From: a virus
Lineage: Duplodnaviria > Caudoviricetes
Direction: 5' to 3' (one strand)
IMG/VR virus record: IMGVR_UViG_3300037067_027616
Span: 320,001 to 384,000 of that record
DNA: 64,000 bases
Shown: positions 9,473 to 21,100 of the stretch, piece by piece
Position numbering within the stretch: the first letter of the stretch is position 1
Layout of the letters: each line of letters opens with the position of its first letter
Made by a program: the position numbers and the translations under genes
Notes under the pieces: generated by a model
Told to the model about the DNA's origin: nothing
Seen by the model: the letters and a program-made list of their open reading frames with translations, nothing else
Database searches by the model: none

Positions 9473-11482
9473 ATGACTTTCGACTCAAAATATAGCCTCA
9501 AGATGCCCGGGTGGTCCCCCGGATCCGAATCCACGCCTTCATTGGGTATGCGTAAGCGTTCGGATTTGACGTTTCTTGTCGGTTGGGTCGAGGAGGTGGA
9601 CGAAGATAGATACACGATGAGTGTAGAGACCTACGGTGGTTTTGGAAAACTTGAGGACATATCGGTTTCCCAACCTTTTGCCGGCACTAATTGCTACATG
9701 GCGGGGATGCCACAAATAGGTAGTGTAGTTGTCCTTGCCAACAATGACGGCAATTATATACCGCTTTGCTACCTTCCCAACTACGTCCACGCTTTGGACG
9801 CAAAAAACGTGCGCGTGTATCCTGAAGGAATAAACCTTCCGCAAGCCAACGAATTGATGTACAAATTCCCGAAGTTGCGCAAAGGTGATATGGCGTTTTC
9901 GTCAGGAGATGGCGCTGAGATTATTATCGGAGAAAGACTCGTGGCAAAGCAGTACGCCAACGAGTTGGTGATTGACGGATCGATGGATCACATGATATCG
10001 ACCTCGTTAAACAATTTCGTTTTCGCAGCTGGTATTTGGAGGAATTCAGGGATAATCACGAGAAATTTGTACGATGACACCGATGAAGACAGCAGCTTCG
10101 CAGTCACTAAAACCGTTGGCGAGAGTTCTCATCGCACCCGGCTACAACTTGAGCCGAACGGAAACAGGTTTTTCTCGGAGTATCTTCTAGAGGTAGAGGA
10201 CATCGTAAGTGACTACGCCCCTCGTAACGAGGTCAATTCTGGGCTCGCCGACAACGATCGCAACCCGGCCGCGATATTCGCCATGGGTAACCTCGTAGGG
10301 AACAATGCCTCGCGCGACACCTATGGACAGGTTTTGAGGGTGGGGCTTTTTAACTCCCCAGAAGATGATGAGGGTCAATTCACTTTTGAAACGCTTACCG
10401 GTGAAGATGCCTTGCGGTATGGCATGGCCGTAAGTTTATTCGCACCTAACAGGAGAAACCCCGAAAAAGGTGGATTCATAGGAATCGACAAAGAAGGCCA
10501 TATCTACCAATATGCACCCAGCGCTACATGCGGCGGTATTGGTAAGGGTCGTTCAATATCCGTGGTTGCCTTGGGGAGCAAGAAAGAGATATTTGGCAAG
10601 GAGTCGAAGTACGGCAATTCGTGGGACATGTCAACCTCCGGCGGGATACGTTGGGTGGTCGGTAAACACAACGAGAGGAATGGAAACCCCTATTCAAATC
10701 GAAGCATCGACATCCGCACAAGATCATCGGTATTCTACATGTACGGCGGGGATGACCCGAAGGTTTATGACTTCGAGGATTCTTCCAAGGAAGTCGAGGA
10801 TCTCCGCAAGTACGGTAAGATAGAGAAGGTGGACGGAAAGGAACGTAACGAGGTCGATGGTGGCCGTGAAACCATTATCCGTTCTTCAGATAAGTTGCAG
10901 ATAGAGGGAATGCGCCAGGAAAGCATCGCCGGCGCCTATACGGTGAACGTGGGTCAAGACATGAATATCGCCGTGGCCAGCGTGTTTTCAGAGAAGGTCA
11001 CCAAGGAGAAGCAGGAAACGTTCGGAAGCCGACTCACCGTGATAACGTCCGGAGACGCCGAACTTGAGATAAAGTCTATTATCGGTAACATCAAGGAAAC
11101 AATCAGCAAGGTAGGATCAAAATCTACCAAAATAACGGCGGGAAATATAGAGGAAAGCATTAAGGTTGGATCTAAAAAAGTCAGCATAATCACCGGGGAT
11201 AGCAACACGGAGATAAAAACCGGAAGCCACTACATGTCGACGAAGTCTGGGAATATCAGCGTGTCGACTAAAATAGGAACTTTCGAGGCCAAATCAACCA
11301 TTAAGGCTTCCCTCGTGGCAAGTCTTGCAGGATCTGCAACAGTTGAGGGGGGCAGCATAAGCCTCAAGAGCAAAGAAAAGCTCATGGGCGGTGTAGTTAC
11401 TGACAAGACACATTTTGATTATATAACAGGAGCCCCTTTGGTTGGGTCGAAGACCGTCAAGGCGGCGGGGTTACCAGGATAA
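9473..11482 (+). CDS. Baseplate central spike (gp5/gpV/VgrG-like)
   Basis: N-terminal OB-fold-like segment (GWVEEVD...MPQIGSVVV), a C-terminal run of short beta-strand repeats (ETISKVGSKSTKITAGNIEESIKVG), and terminal THFDYITGAPL apex-like motif. Confidence 0.7.
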   Translation: MTFDSKYSLKMPGWSPGSESTPSLGMRKRSDLTFLVGWVEEVDEDRYTMSVETYGGFGKLEDISVSQPFAGTNCYMAGMPQIGSVVVLANNDGNYIPLCYLPNYVHALDAKNVRVYPEGINLPQANELMYKFPKLRKGDMAFSSGDGAEIIIGERLVAKQYANELVIDGSMDHMISTSLNNFVFAAGIWRNSGIITRNLYDDTDEDSSFAVTKTVGESSHRTRLQLEPNGNRFFSEYLLEVEDIVSDYAPRNEVNSGLADNDRNPAAIFAMGNLVGNNASRDTYGQVLRVGLFNSPEDDEGQFTFETLTGEDALRYGMAVSLFAPNRRNPEKGGFIGIDKEGHIYQYAPSATCGGIGKGRSISVVALGSKKEIFGKESKYGNSWDMSTSGGIRWVVGKHNERNGNPYSNRSIDIRTRSSVFYMYGGDDPKVYDFEDSSKEVEDLRKYGKIEKVDGKERNEVDGGRETIIRSSDKLQIEGMRQESIAGAYTVNVGQDMNIAVASVFSEKVTKEKQETFGSRLTVITSGDAELEIKSIIGNIKETISKVGSKSTKITAGNIEESIKVGSKKVSIITGDSNTEIKTGSHYMSTKSGNISVSTKIGTFEAKSTIKASLVASLAGSATVEGGSISLKSKEKLMGGVVTDKTHFDYITGAPLVGSKTVKAAGLPG

Positions 11483-11486
11483 AAAT

Positions 11487-12104
11487 ATGCCCGTGACAGG
11501 ATTACTCATATCATCGGCCATAAAGGCCAACATGACACCTAGGAGCATCAAGGGGCGCGATGCGGCTTCGTTGGCGGATGCCGTAGGTCTGTCCGTTGCG
11601 GCGCATGTCACAACCCCCAACATGGTGACTTGCACGTTGAATGGCACTGCAGGCCCTTCAGGAGCCATTACAAGCCTTGCGGTGTTTGGAGTGGTGTCAA
11701 AGGCCATGGCAGGGATGATGACCCTTAAAGCCCAATCTAAGGCCCTCAAAGGGCGGGACATAATGACCCTTTTTGATGCCGTATCTTCAGGGATATGTCA
11801 AGTTTTGATGGGTATGATGCTTACAGGTACATCCATAGGGTGTGCGGTCGGAGCGGGAACCGGGAAGTTTACCGCATTGAATGACAAAGTTTTATCAAAT
11901 TTGATGGTCATGAACGCAACGTCCAGGTCATTCCGTGGCAGAAATATGGCTGACCTTGCCGAGTGCATATCGTTTGGGGTGGTCAACCACCTGAAATCTA
12001 GCGCCACGTTTACGGTTTTGGCGGCAGGGGCCGTAAGTCCCGTGCCTCCTACCGGTCCGATGGCGGTAGTCGGGGTACCTTCGGTGACAACGAAAGTGAG
12101 CTAG
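11487..12104 (+). CDS. Small Ala/Gly-rich spike-associated structural protein
   Basis: The ATG at 11487 (MPVTG...) just after the spike stop is more plausible than the track start at 11442. It carries three internal repeats of (K/R)GR(D/N)xxxL..(A/C)(V/I)..G. Confidence 0.5.
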   Translation: MPVTGLLISSAIKANMTPRSIKGRDAASLADAVGLSVAAHVTTPNMVTCTLNGTAGPSGAITSLAVFGVVSKAMAGMMTLKAQSKALKGRDIMTLFDAVSSGICQVLMGMMLTGTSIGCAVGAGTGKFTALNDKVLSNLMVMNATSRSFRGRNMADLAECISFGVVNHLKSSATFTVLAAGAVSPVPPTGPMAVVGVPSVTTKVS

Positions 12105-12110
12105 GAAAAG

Positions 12111-15100
12111 ATGGGTTCCGAAATATTCAGATTAAAGTCGGTAGATCTTGAGCCAACTGTGGTGCGTGGCGCCCGCTCCGGACTTAAGAACGCCACGACC
12201 ACCAGGCCGTTGAGTGTAAACCCTGGCGATGTTGCCACTGTGTACTCGGGGGAACAGGGTGTAAACCACGAGTACCTTGTTCAGTCATCGCTTTCAAACA
12301 ATGACTTCAAAGGCGCGGCCGTATTTACGAATGGCAGCGATGTTGTCAGTGGATACACCGCCCCGCATTCATCGGTGAACGGTGACATCATCAGGCACGA
12401 TGGTGACACCCGGTTCTATACCGTTACGGGTATGGACGGCACTAATGTGTATCTGACCGAGAAGTACGCAAAGGCGTCCCCATCGGATCCAAACGTGGTG
12501 GATGGGCAATGTACCGTACGTAGAATAACTCTCGGTAGTGTGAACTACGAGTCTTATGAGGGCGGAGAAACTGGTGTCCCGTTTTATTTTGACAAAGAGA
12601 TAACGGAGTGGAAGCCCACAGGGGCAGACTCTGCAGGTCCGTACGTGGCGTTCAGTGGTCCGATCGACTTTTCGACGGGGATGCAAGTTCAGTTTTTGAA
12701 GGCCACAAGCAAATCTGCACCAGATCTTTCCACAATAGGTAGCGTGCGCAAAACCCTTGTTGATAATAACAAACAAGACGTGGTTGATGTGTCCCTCAGC
12801 CCGATGCCTTACCCGCATTCGAGTCTGAAGGTATGGTGGGGCATAGGCGAGTCGGGCCTGCAACAGAAGACGGAGTTTGAAGACTACGTCGTTAATTACA
12901 GCCAATCACCGGATTTCGCCTATCCGTATCCTCCGTATGAAGAACGCAACGTAGCATACCTCAAGTTCCTTGAAAGACTCACGGATGAGGTGCAGGTGAC
13001 AGGGATAGGCCCGGAAACTGCTGGCATAGTGGCTGTGTCTAAAGAGGTCACCGTACAGTCCAGCGGAGCCAAAGCCCGCAAGCCCGTGCAGCGCATCATA
13101 TACGGTACGGACTCCGTGAAAGTGGGTAGCGAGTCCGTGGACAGGCAGCGTGACTATGTAATGGATTACGATGCGGGTACTTTTGTTTTCGTTAAGCACA
13201 AGCATGCAGAGATGCCATACGACCATGCGGCTGTCCCAAGAGAAGTCATGTGGAACGGCGTGAGCGTGATACGCAACGTGTCAGAGGCAGATGTTCGCAA
13301 CACCGATGACCTTGTCATACCAGGCATCACCGGGCTTGAAGGGATAAGTGGCATAGCATACTTCGAGGACACGGATGAGAACAATCTTGTCTTTGGTAAC
13401 GATTATGTACTCGAGTATACTTCCGGCGCCATACGTCTCAACACCCCGTTGAATAAGAATCAAGCGGTGTTGGTTTCGTACTACGTGGAGGGAGAGGACG
13501 TCGAAACCGAGAAGCTTGGGGCCTCCGATACGCGTTTCAACAAGTATCCTATATTGAGGGATTCAGTGTCGATTCTGAAGAGGTGGACGCGCACGGATCA
13601 ATATGGCCGCTCCGAGAGTGGAAGCACCGTGCTTGTCGAAGGATCTGACTACGAGATGTCATATTTCACGGGTCACATACACTTCTTGAATCCCTCGTCC
13701 TACGCCGAGGATGTGGTGTCTTTGGATGCGACATACACACCGTTATCTCTCATGAATTGCATCCTGCAACCTGCGGAGGACGATAAAAACTCCTACAGAA
13801 TGACCGTCATTGGGGATGCCCTCACCGTTGTCGAGGCGAAAGAATATCTGTTCAAGATAGAGAACCCTGTGGTGTCTGTACCTTCAGAGAATTATTTCAA
13901 GAAGCCCGGAGATCCAACGAAGTTCTCTTTTGGTGGAAGTCCGATCGCGGATGCCCCGTTGTATGCATCTATTTTGGGCACAGGCAGTGTGTTGGATACA
14001 AGTGGGTGGACATACGATGACCAAACGAGGCAGTTGAAACTTGATAAATCATTGAATTTAAACGAGATATTTGAAGATGACACGGTCATAGTCACATACA
14101 GCTTTGTATCCGATTTGCTCCCGTACGCACCTGTGCAGGTGACCTACCCTGTTATCAGTGGTGGTACAAGTAGATTCCTCATAGAGGGTTTCGATAGAAC
14201 GGACATCATCAGGTCAGGCACGATCCTTCGGATAGACAACAGGGATCCTGTGGCGCGTTACTACTTCAAAGTGGTGGACTCAACGTATGCTTCAGAGGGT
14301 ACGTGGGTCACGGTAAGTGGTACGTTCCCCGAAGATATAAACGCTCCTCTTTTCTTTGTGCTTGATGCTCCTGTCGTGTGGGAGTCGATGCCGGAAACTT
14401 CAGTGCTTGAGGAAGGACTTCTCCTCGGAGCCGAGCAGTTGACGTTCTCTGGGGGGACCCTCGAGGTCCAACAATCTATAAAGCCAAACACCATCCTCAT
14501 GGTGGATGACACAGACATCTACAACGTAATGTCGGTGGAAGTGTCTGGGGCAGATACGGTCATAGGAATACATCCGCCTCTTTCGAGGCCGTATCCCGTG
14601 TCAGTGGTGCATTCAAGAACTCCTGTATATGACATCGGCGGGACGACCCTTGCCATGGAACACTATGTGCTTGGAGATCTCCCCGAGCCGGCGTTCACGG
14701 TTTCGTTCACGCCGCCGGAGGGCTTCGATGGCTCCGGCAGGATTTTCATTGACCAAGAGAACGTGGTACTTTTCGAGAGCATCAATGGCGTCCCGAACCC
14801 AGTTCCATACGTCTACCGCAAATTGAATTATCCTTCTGTGAGTTCTTTGTCATATGCCATACAGGCTACCAAGTCAACATACAATGACTACGTAGAGGTC
14901 GGTCCGCATGTACCGGACTATTGTCCGTTTACCATATCCCCTGCGGATTCGGATGATGAGAAGTATTTCTTGGATGCGGGAAACTACAGCGCCGATTTGA
15001 TAATCCCGTTTGACCAATTCGCGCCCGTAAGGATACCCTACACTGTCAGCGTTTCCCCGGAACTTCTCCGGTGGTCGTTACTCAAGGCTTACAGTGGACA

Positions 15101-18100
15101 ATCATCGTTGCTGGTCAAGGATGCCGACCTCACAGGTCGTTATGTTGATGGAGATTTGTTTGCATTTGCCGGCGGGGGAATGACGGGCGCCCTTTACCTC
15201 GGGGTGACTGGCGTATCAGTAGAGGATGTCGATGATAGGAAGTATTCGAGGATATTGTTCAAGGATTCGTTCCGTACGAATTTGTTTGACCCTGCCATGT
15301 ATTTCAAGCGCGGAGTGCGGTGGGTCACCGTACCTAACACAGTTTTGTCACAGAATGACAGTGGCACCATTCTGACCCTTGGTGGTCAGATGCAAACCAT
15401 GCTGAAGCCGGGTACGTTGCTCAAATTCGATGGGAAATATGTACACGCGGTTGAAAGCGCGGTGGAGTCCGTAAATAGTGTGACACTTTCGATATACCCA
15501 CCTATTAAGGAAGGCTATTCAATCCTCGGCAGGACGCCTGGTAATTGGCTTGAGCAGTCCGATGTACCTATATGTTTGTCGCAGATTCCGGATCAGCCGT
15601 ACATCCTGTTCGAGTACACCCCGCCATACAGGCATGTCGGCACAGGATCCATCGTCATCGATAGTGATAAAGTTGTGGTCACCGAGTCGGTGGATGGCGG
15701 CCAAGAAGAGAAAGTCACCACATTCAAGTTCTCCGATTACGCAAACATACCAGAACTTGCGACTGCCATAACCGATCTCGATTCCGTGGTGTCAGGATAT
15801 AAGCCGTTCAAAGTCACCGTGCCTGATGCGTATGTTGGTGCACTTTCCGCAGACTCGTTCTATAGGTACAGGCTCAGTCCGTGCGATGCCTTCATGCCTT
15901 ACATGAATATGGTAGCTGTAGGCACTGTCCTTGTAGATTACAGTGCCCCTGCAGGATACACCGGGGTGGGACAGATGGTAGTCAGCGCCACTTCGACAGG
16001 CTTAAGGGAAGATGTGATGCCCGTGGCGGGCGGCGATGTGATGGTCAAGACCAATGACATATCGCACAGCGGACAGCCATCATTCTTCAGTCTTCTTGGT
16101 ATAATCGAGTCCATGACGTCTGCAGCCGATCCAACCTTCAAGCCGTTCTCGGTAAGTTATCTTGATACGCGGTCATTCGTGGGCGGAGGGTCTTGGAGTA
16201 GCACGCACGTACAGGGGGTTCTTGGGCCTGATCATTCACCCCTTCCAGCGCATATCCATGTCACTACAGATTTTGAGGGGTGGCAGGCACTTGGTCCACT
16301 CAACATCCGTAGGATGGAACCAGAAACGGATTACAGCATAGATGCCGGACTTGTGGGGATAGAATCTCCGATAGAGGATTTGGACAGGTTTTCTCTTTCA
16401 TATATGGGACGTGACCTACGCTCCGAAGATGAAGGCAAATCCATATCCATCACTTGTAGATATTTCAGTTCCCTCCCGGCAGGTTCGCGTCTTGATATCT
16501 ACATGGATTACAGGTCAGTCGACCAGTACTACCTCCAGAAGCTGACCGAGAGGAAGTTTTCTGACCTCGTTGTGATCCCGCAACTTTCGGATTTGTTGCA
16601 ACAGATGGGATCCGGCAACGGTCAAGGTTCTGATACAGCTCCGACTGATGACACCATACAGAATTGGAACGGTGGTGTCACGAACAACTATTATCTCCTT
16701 CAAGACGAGGAGATAAAGAAGCAGTTGTTCATGAAGTTTTATCGTTGGTACAAACAGCGCCTCCGTTGCTTCTCATCTGAGTTGCAACTCTCCATGGGTT
16801 TCAAGTTTGCCAAAAGCAATGCGGTTGGCGAGGTGGATGGAAGGCTCACTCTTCAAGACGCCTATGTAGAAACCGAAGACTATACCCTTTCAACGGAAGA
16901 TGAAATATCTTCTGTCCCCGAGGGGTATTCCAAGTTTTTCCCGATAGGGTATAGCAAGCAGTCCCCGCGGTATTACCCTAGGTTTGGTAAGGAGTATCGT
17001 CTCTACAACGATGTGTACTGCTTCAACGTGCGGTACAAGTATCACAACGGTAAAGAAGAAACCATCGGGTACATAAAGTCCATAAAGCCCTATTGGACAA
17101 AGGATCTCGATCACGTCATATTAAAGAACACGAATGACAACCTCGTGGCCTATTATGAGGTGCCTATTTCCGAGGATGAACGGACATTTGAGGCATCAGA
17201 CGCCAAGTACTCGTGGTTGAGAAGGCTATCCGTAGGTGACAAGGTCAACCTTGTCCGGCGCAAGAATAAATACACGGTGATGGAGATAACTTCGGGAGTC
17301 GATTCAAGTACAGGAAAAACTTACGAACTTATAAAACTCGACAGGTCGTTCTCGGAGAAGGGTGTCCGCAAATTTCGTCTGCGTCAAAGCGACGGGGTTT
17401 TCTATTATTGGGTTTTGAAGCCTCTTCCCGTGCCGCCGTTCGTAGTCCCTGTTGATAAGAAGACTGAAAGCGAATTCCTTGCGGCTCTTCCTGGTGAGGG
17501 ACGCAATTTAATGCTCACTAGGCCCGATGCCGAGTCCTTCCCGATTTTCGATGATGAAGGTTCTTACGGGTACAAACTCGAGGGCGGCGTCATCGAGGGC
17601 TATGACAAGGATGACAAGCGCAAAAACAGGATACGCAAATTCTCCTTGGTAGCTTTCTTGAAGGCCCTTTTTCCACTTATACCCATACCGGAGATCCCGG
17701 AGAACGTCCGTGTTCAGATTGGTACTTACAATGAGGACACACTTGAGTTCACGCCTACGGCCGAAACGACAGTGGTGGAAATCGACAAGCTCAGCCGTAT
17801 CGAGCAACGTAAAGTTTCTTCCACACAGGAGGGGCTGTACATCAATCAACTCGATGACGATGAAGTTGCTACAGGTATAAAAGAATTCGCTTACCTTGAT
17901 TTTGAGACCGTGTATACCCCCGATGACGAAGATGGTTACATAGAATCGTTTGTATTACGATCCAAAGATAGGGATGTATGGGTCAGGTTTATTGTTGAGT
18001 ATGACGAGAACGGAGATGCCGTCAATTCTGACGTGGCGGAAGAATATGGGTTCATCGGCAATCAAGTCTATAAGGGTTTCTACGACCCCGATAACATTTA

Positions 18101-21100
18101 CCGTTGGCTCCTCATGGAGAAGCAGGCGTGGCAGACCGAGGAAGCCATCCTCAAGGACTTGTACGACTACAACGACAAGATAGCCCGGGCATTCAATCAA
18201 GCAAAAATGCGCCTCGATAACGTCAGCCCGTATAAAGGATACCTTGCGAATTACATCGCCGGGCAGCCTTCAGGGATCTCTGATTGGCTCGCCACGCGTC
18301 TTCCAAAGTACGAAAGGGCGTTGTATTTCCTCATAGGCGGGTATTCAGGCTATGGTGATTCGGGGTCGTTGCTTGGTGTCATGCGGCCGGATGGCGTGCA
18401 TGATGAAAACGATGCCACGCCACAGATAGCACAGTCCTACGGTAATGCTTCTGTTGCATTGGGTAAATACCAATCGTTCTACAATACTTTGCAGGAATAC
18501 AAGTACATAAACTCCGTGAACAATCAAACATGGAAGTCGGATTACGTGCGTTGGGCGTTAAGCCTTGTCCAAGGACTCATGCACCAAAAGACGGCGAGAT
18601 CCATGTACGACTCTTTGCGAAAGATAGAGGTCGGACTTGTCGAGACAAATGCTCTTTCCTTGTCCGTTGCTGTCGGTACTAAATACACAATAACCGGAGG
18701 GTCATATTCCGTTTCAAGTGACAACTTCTATCTATATGCCACATTGGTAGATACGACCGACCCACAAAAGCTTGTGCCTCCATATTCTAGGGTTTTCTCG
18801 CTCAAGACGGAAGACGGGTCGGCGTACATTACTTTGAAGGCTTTGGCGGATCTAGTTTCGGCGACTGTGTATGAGGGCATCAATCTTTTCACCATGTCCT
18901 CGACATACATCCATTACCCGTACGAACTGGAAACGTGTAAACTTATAGTGCGCGGGACGTGGGTTCTTGGCGCCACCAACCATTTGTCGCTAACAAACGT
19001 GGAAGACCATAGAGGATCTGACCCACGCGTATTATTCCTTGACAGGATGGTCGAAGACAAGGTTACGACCGACAACAAAGATGATCGCAACAACCCGTAT
19101 TGGGTATGGCCACTTTACACTTCCAATGGAAATACAGCCAAAAAAGCCATAGAGGGACTCCCAGTAGCGGGTAGTTGGGAAGTGCCCTCTGCAGATTATT
19201 ATGATGTTATGCGGGTACGGTGCCTTGATTGTGAGTGGAGCACAAAGTTCGATGATTTTGGCGATGACGGTGACGGGATCATAGATGCTAAAACATACAT
19301 GGGTCCGACAGCACTTATTGATAAGATACAGACTTCGCATTCCATAACCATAGCCGAATTTAGGGAATTAGTTAATGAGGTCGATGTGAATATGCCCCGG
19401 GTGTCGATACTCAAGGCGATTAATTTTGTGCGTCACGGTATCAATGAAACCACATTAAACATTGACCTACGCGAGCATGCGACCATAACTGACCTCGTTG
19501 CCACCATAAATGCGGCTCGGTTCACGAGGGCGGGAGAACAAGATCTAAATGGTGACCTTCAATTGTTTGAGGCCCAGAGCATCGGTGATGAGAACCACGG
19601 GAGATTCAAAAGTTACGAAATATCGGTGGAGTATGTTCCTGTCAAGGATTATTTCGAAGTGGTTGATAACAATTTTAACGTGGTGGATTCAAAATTTGAC
19701 TTCCAAATTGGGTGGAAACTTTTGGAAAAATCCGCCAATAAGGGAAGTTATTTGACGTTTAAGGTGCGTCCGCAAAGGTACAGTATGGATCCTTTTGCCA
19801 ATTTCCTCATGGACGGACCGGAAGAAGCTTATCAGAACACGCTATTGAAATTGCCTTTGGGTTTGCGCAAAGATATAAACGCGTTTGACGTCTATTGTTG
19901 GGACGATGAAGATTCTGAAGGTCGGCGCGAGTACGAGGTGTCCAATAACGTCATGTACTTCAGAAGCGCCAACGTGCCTAGCATCGCCGTACCGCTTTCA
20001 CAGTCCGGTGATGAGAATGCTCCGGACAGAGAAACACTGAAACAATTGGTTGACCGTATCAATGCTAATCCATTGATAAACAAGCGTTTCTACGCCAATC
20101 TACAATTCACAAGGGATGACGCTCGCGACCCAGGTTACTTCGAGTATGGTTATCTTCCAAACTTCAAGAGGGACGTCCCAAAGGCGACTCTGCAGGATTT
20201 CGTTTTGAGAAAGGACAATGCTCTCCGTCTTCATTCTTCGGAAACTGCAGAGTACCTCATCGAGCCTGATGGACCGTACAATCCGTTGGATTTGGTCACG
20301 GTGTTTAATTCATTGCGTTTGCGGATACGTTCGAGTGTCCGGGCAATGTCGGTTGGCAAAGGATCCGGGTATACTTTCTCGTCGTCATCTATGGTCGTGG
20401 ACGATGTGGCTGACACCTTGGATCTTTCAGCAACGTATTCCTACTCCTACAACTACAGCAGGACGTTCCAATTCTCTGACGTGTCTTATGACACAATTAG
20501 TGAGTTGGTGACTGCCTTGAACGCAGTTACAATCCCTGGGGTAGGTGGTGCACTGTTCTCGGCGGTACTAAACAATGCAGACGCCTGCACGAGTTTGTTG
20601 CAGTCCTCCGGAGTTTTGTCTACAACGCCTGTCCAATTGTACAAGCAGAAAGCTGTCCCACCACCCCTCACGGAAACAGCGTTCACTTTGGCCATAACGA
20701 CCCCAGGCGGGATATGCACATTGTCGAACGCTTCGTATACCATCCCGGCTTCAAGGTCGCAAATAAGGGTGTCGTGTACGATAACGTATATGGACACATA
20801 TACCCCGGCAACAACTGACATCAGTTCCGGTAATTACACGGTTGCAACATTGTCTGCACATATATCTACGTTGAAGCCGTTTCTTGTTCCAGAATTCCCG
20901 GTAATTTTCCCGTCTACTGTATTCAATTCCGAATACAGCGGTACGGATGCGTCTAACCTTCAAGACGTCACCACGACAGTTGAACCGACAGGATATGCCT
21001 CCGTGCAAGTGCTGGAGTCGTACGATTTTTCAGGAAAGACACTGTCAGACATAGCAACTGATGTTACCACAGACACGGCGCGCACAGGTGTATCAGCAGC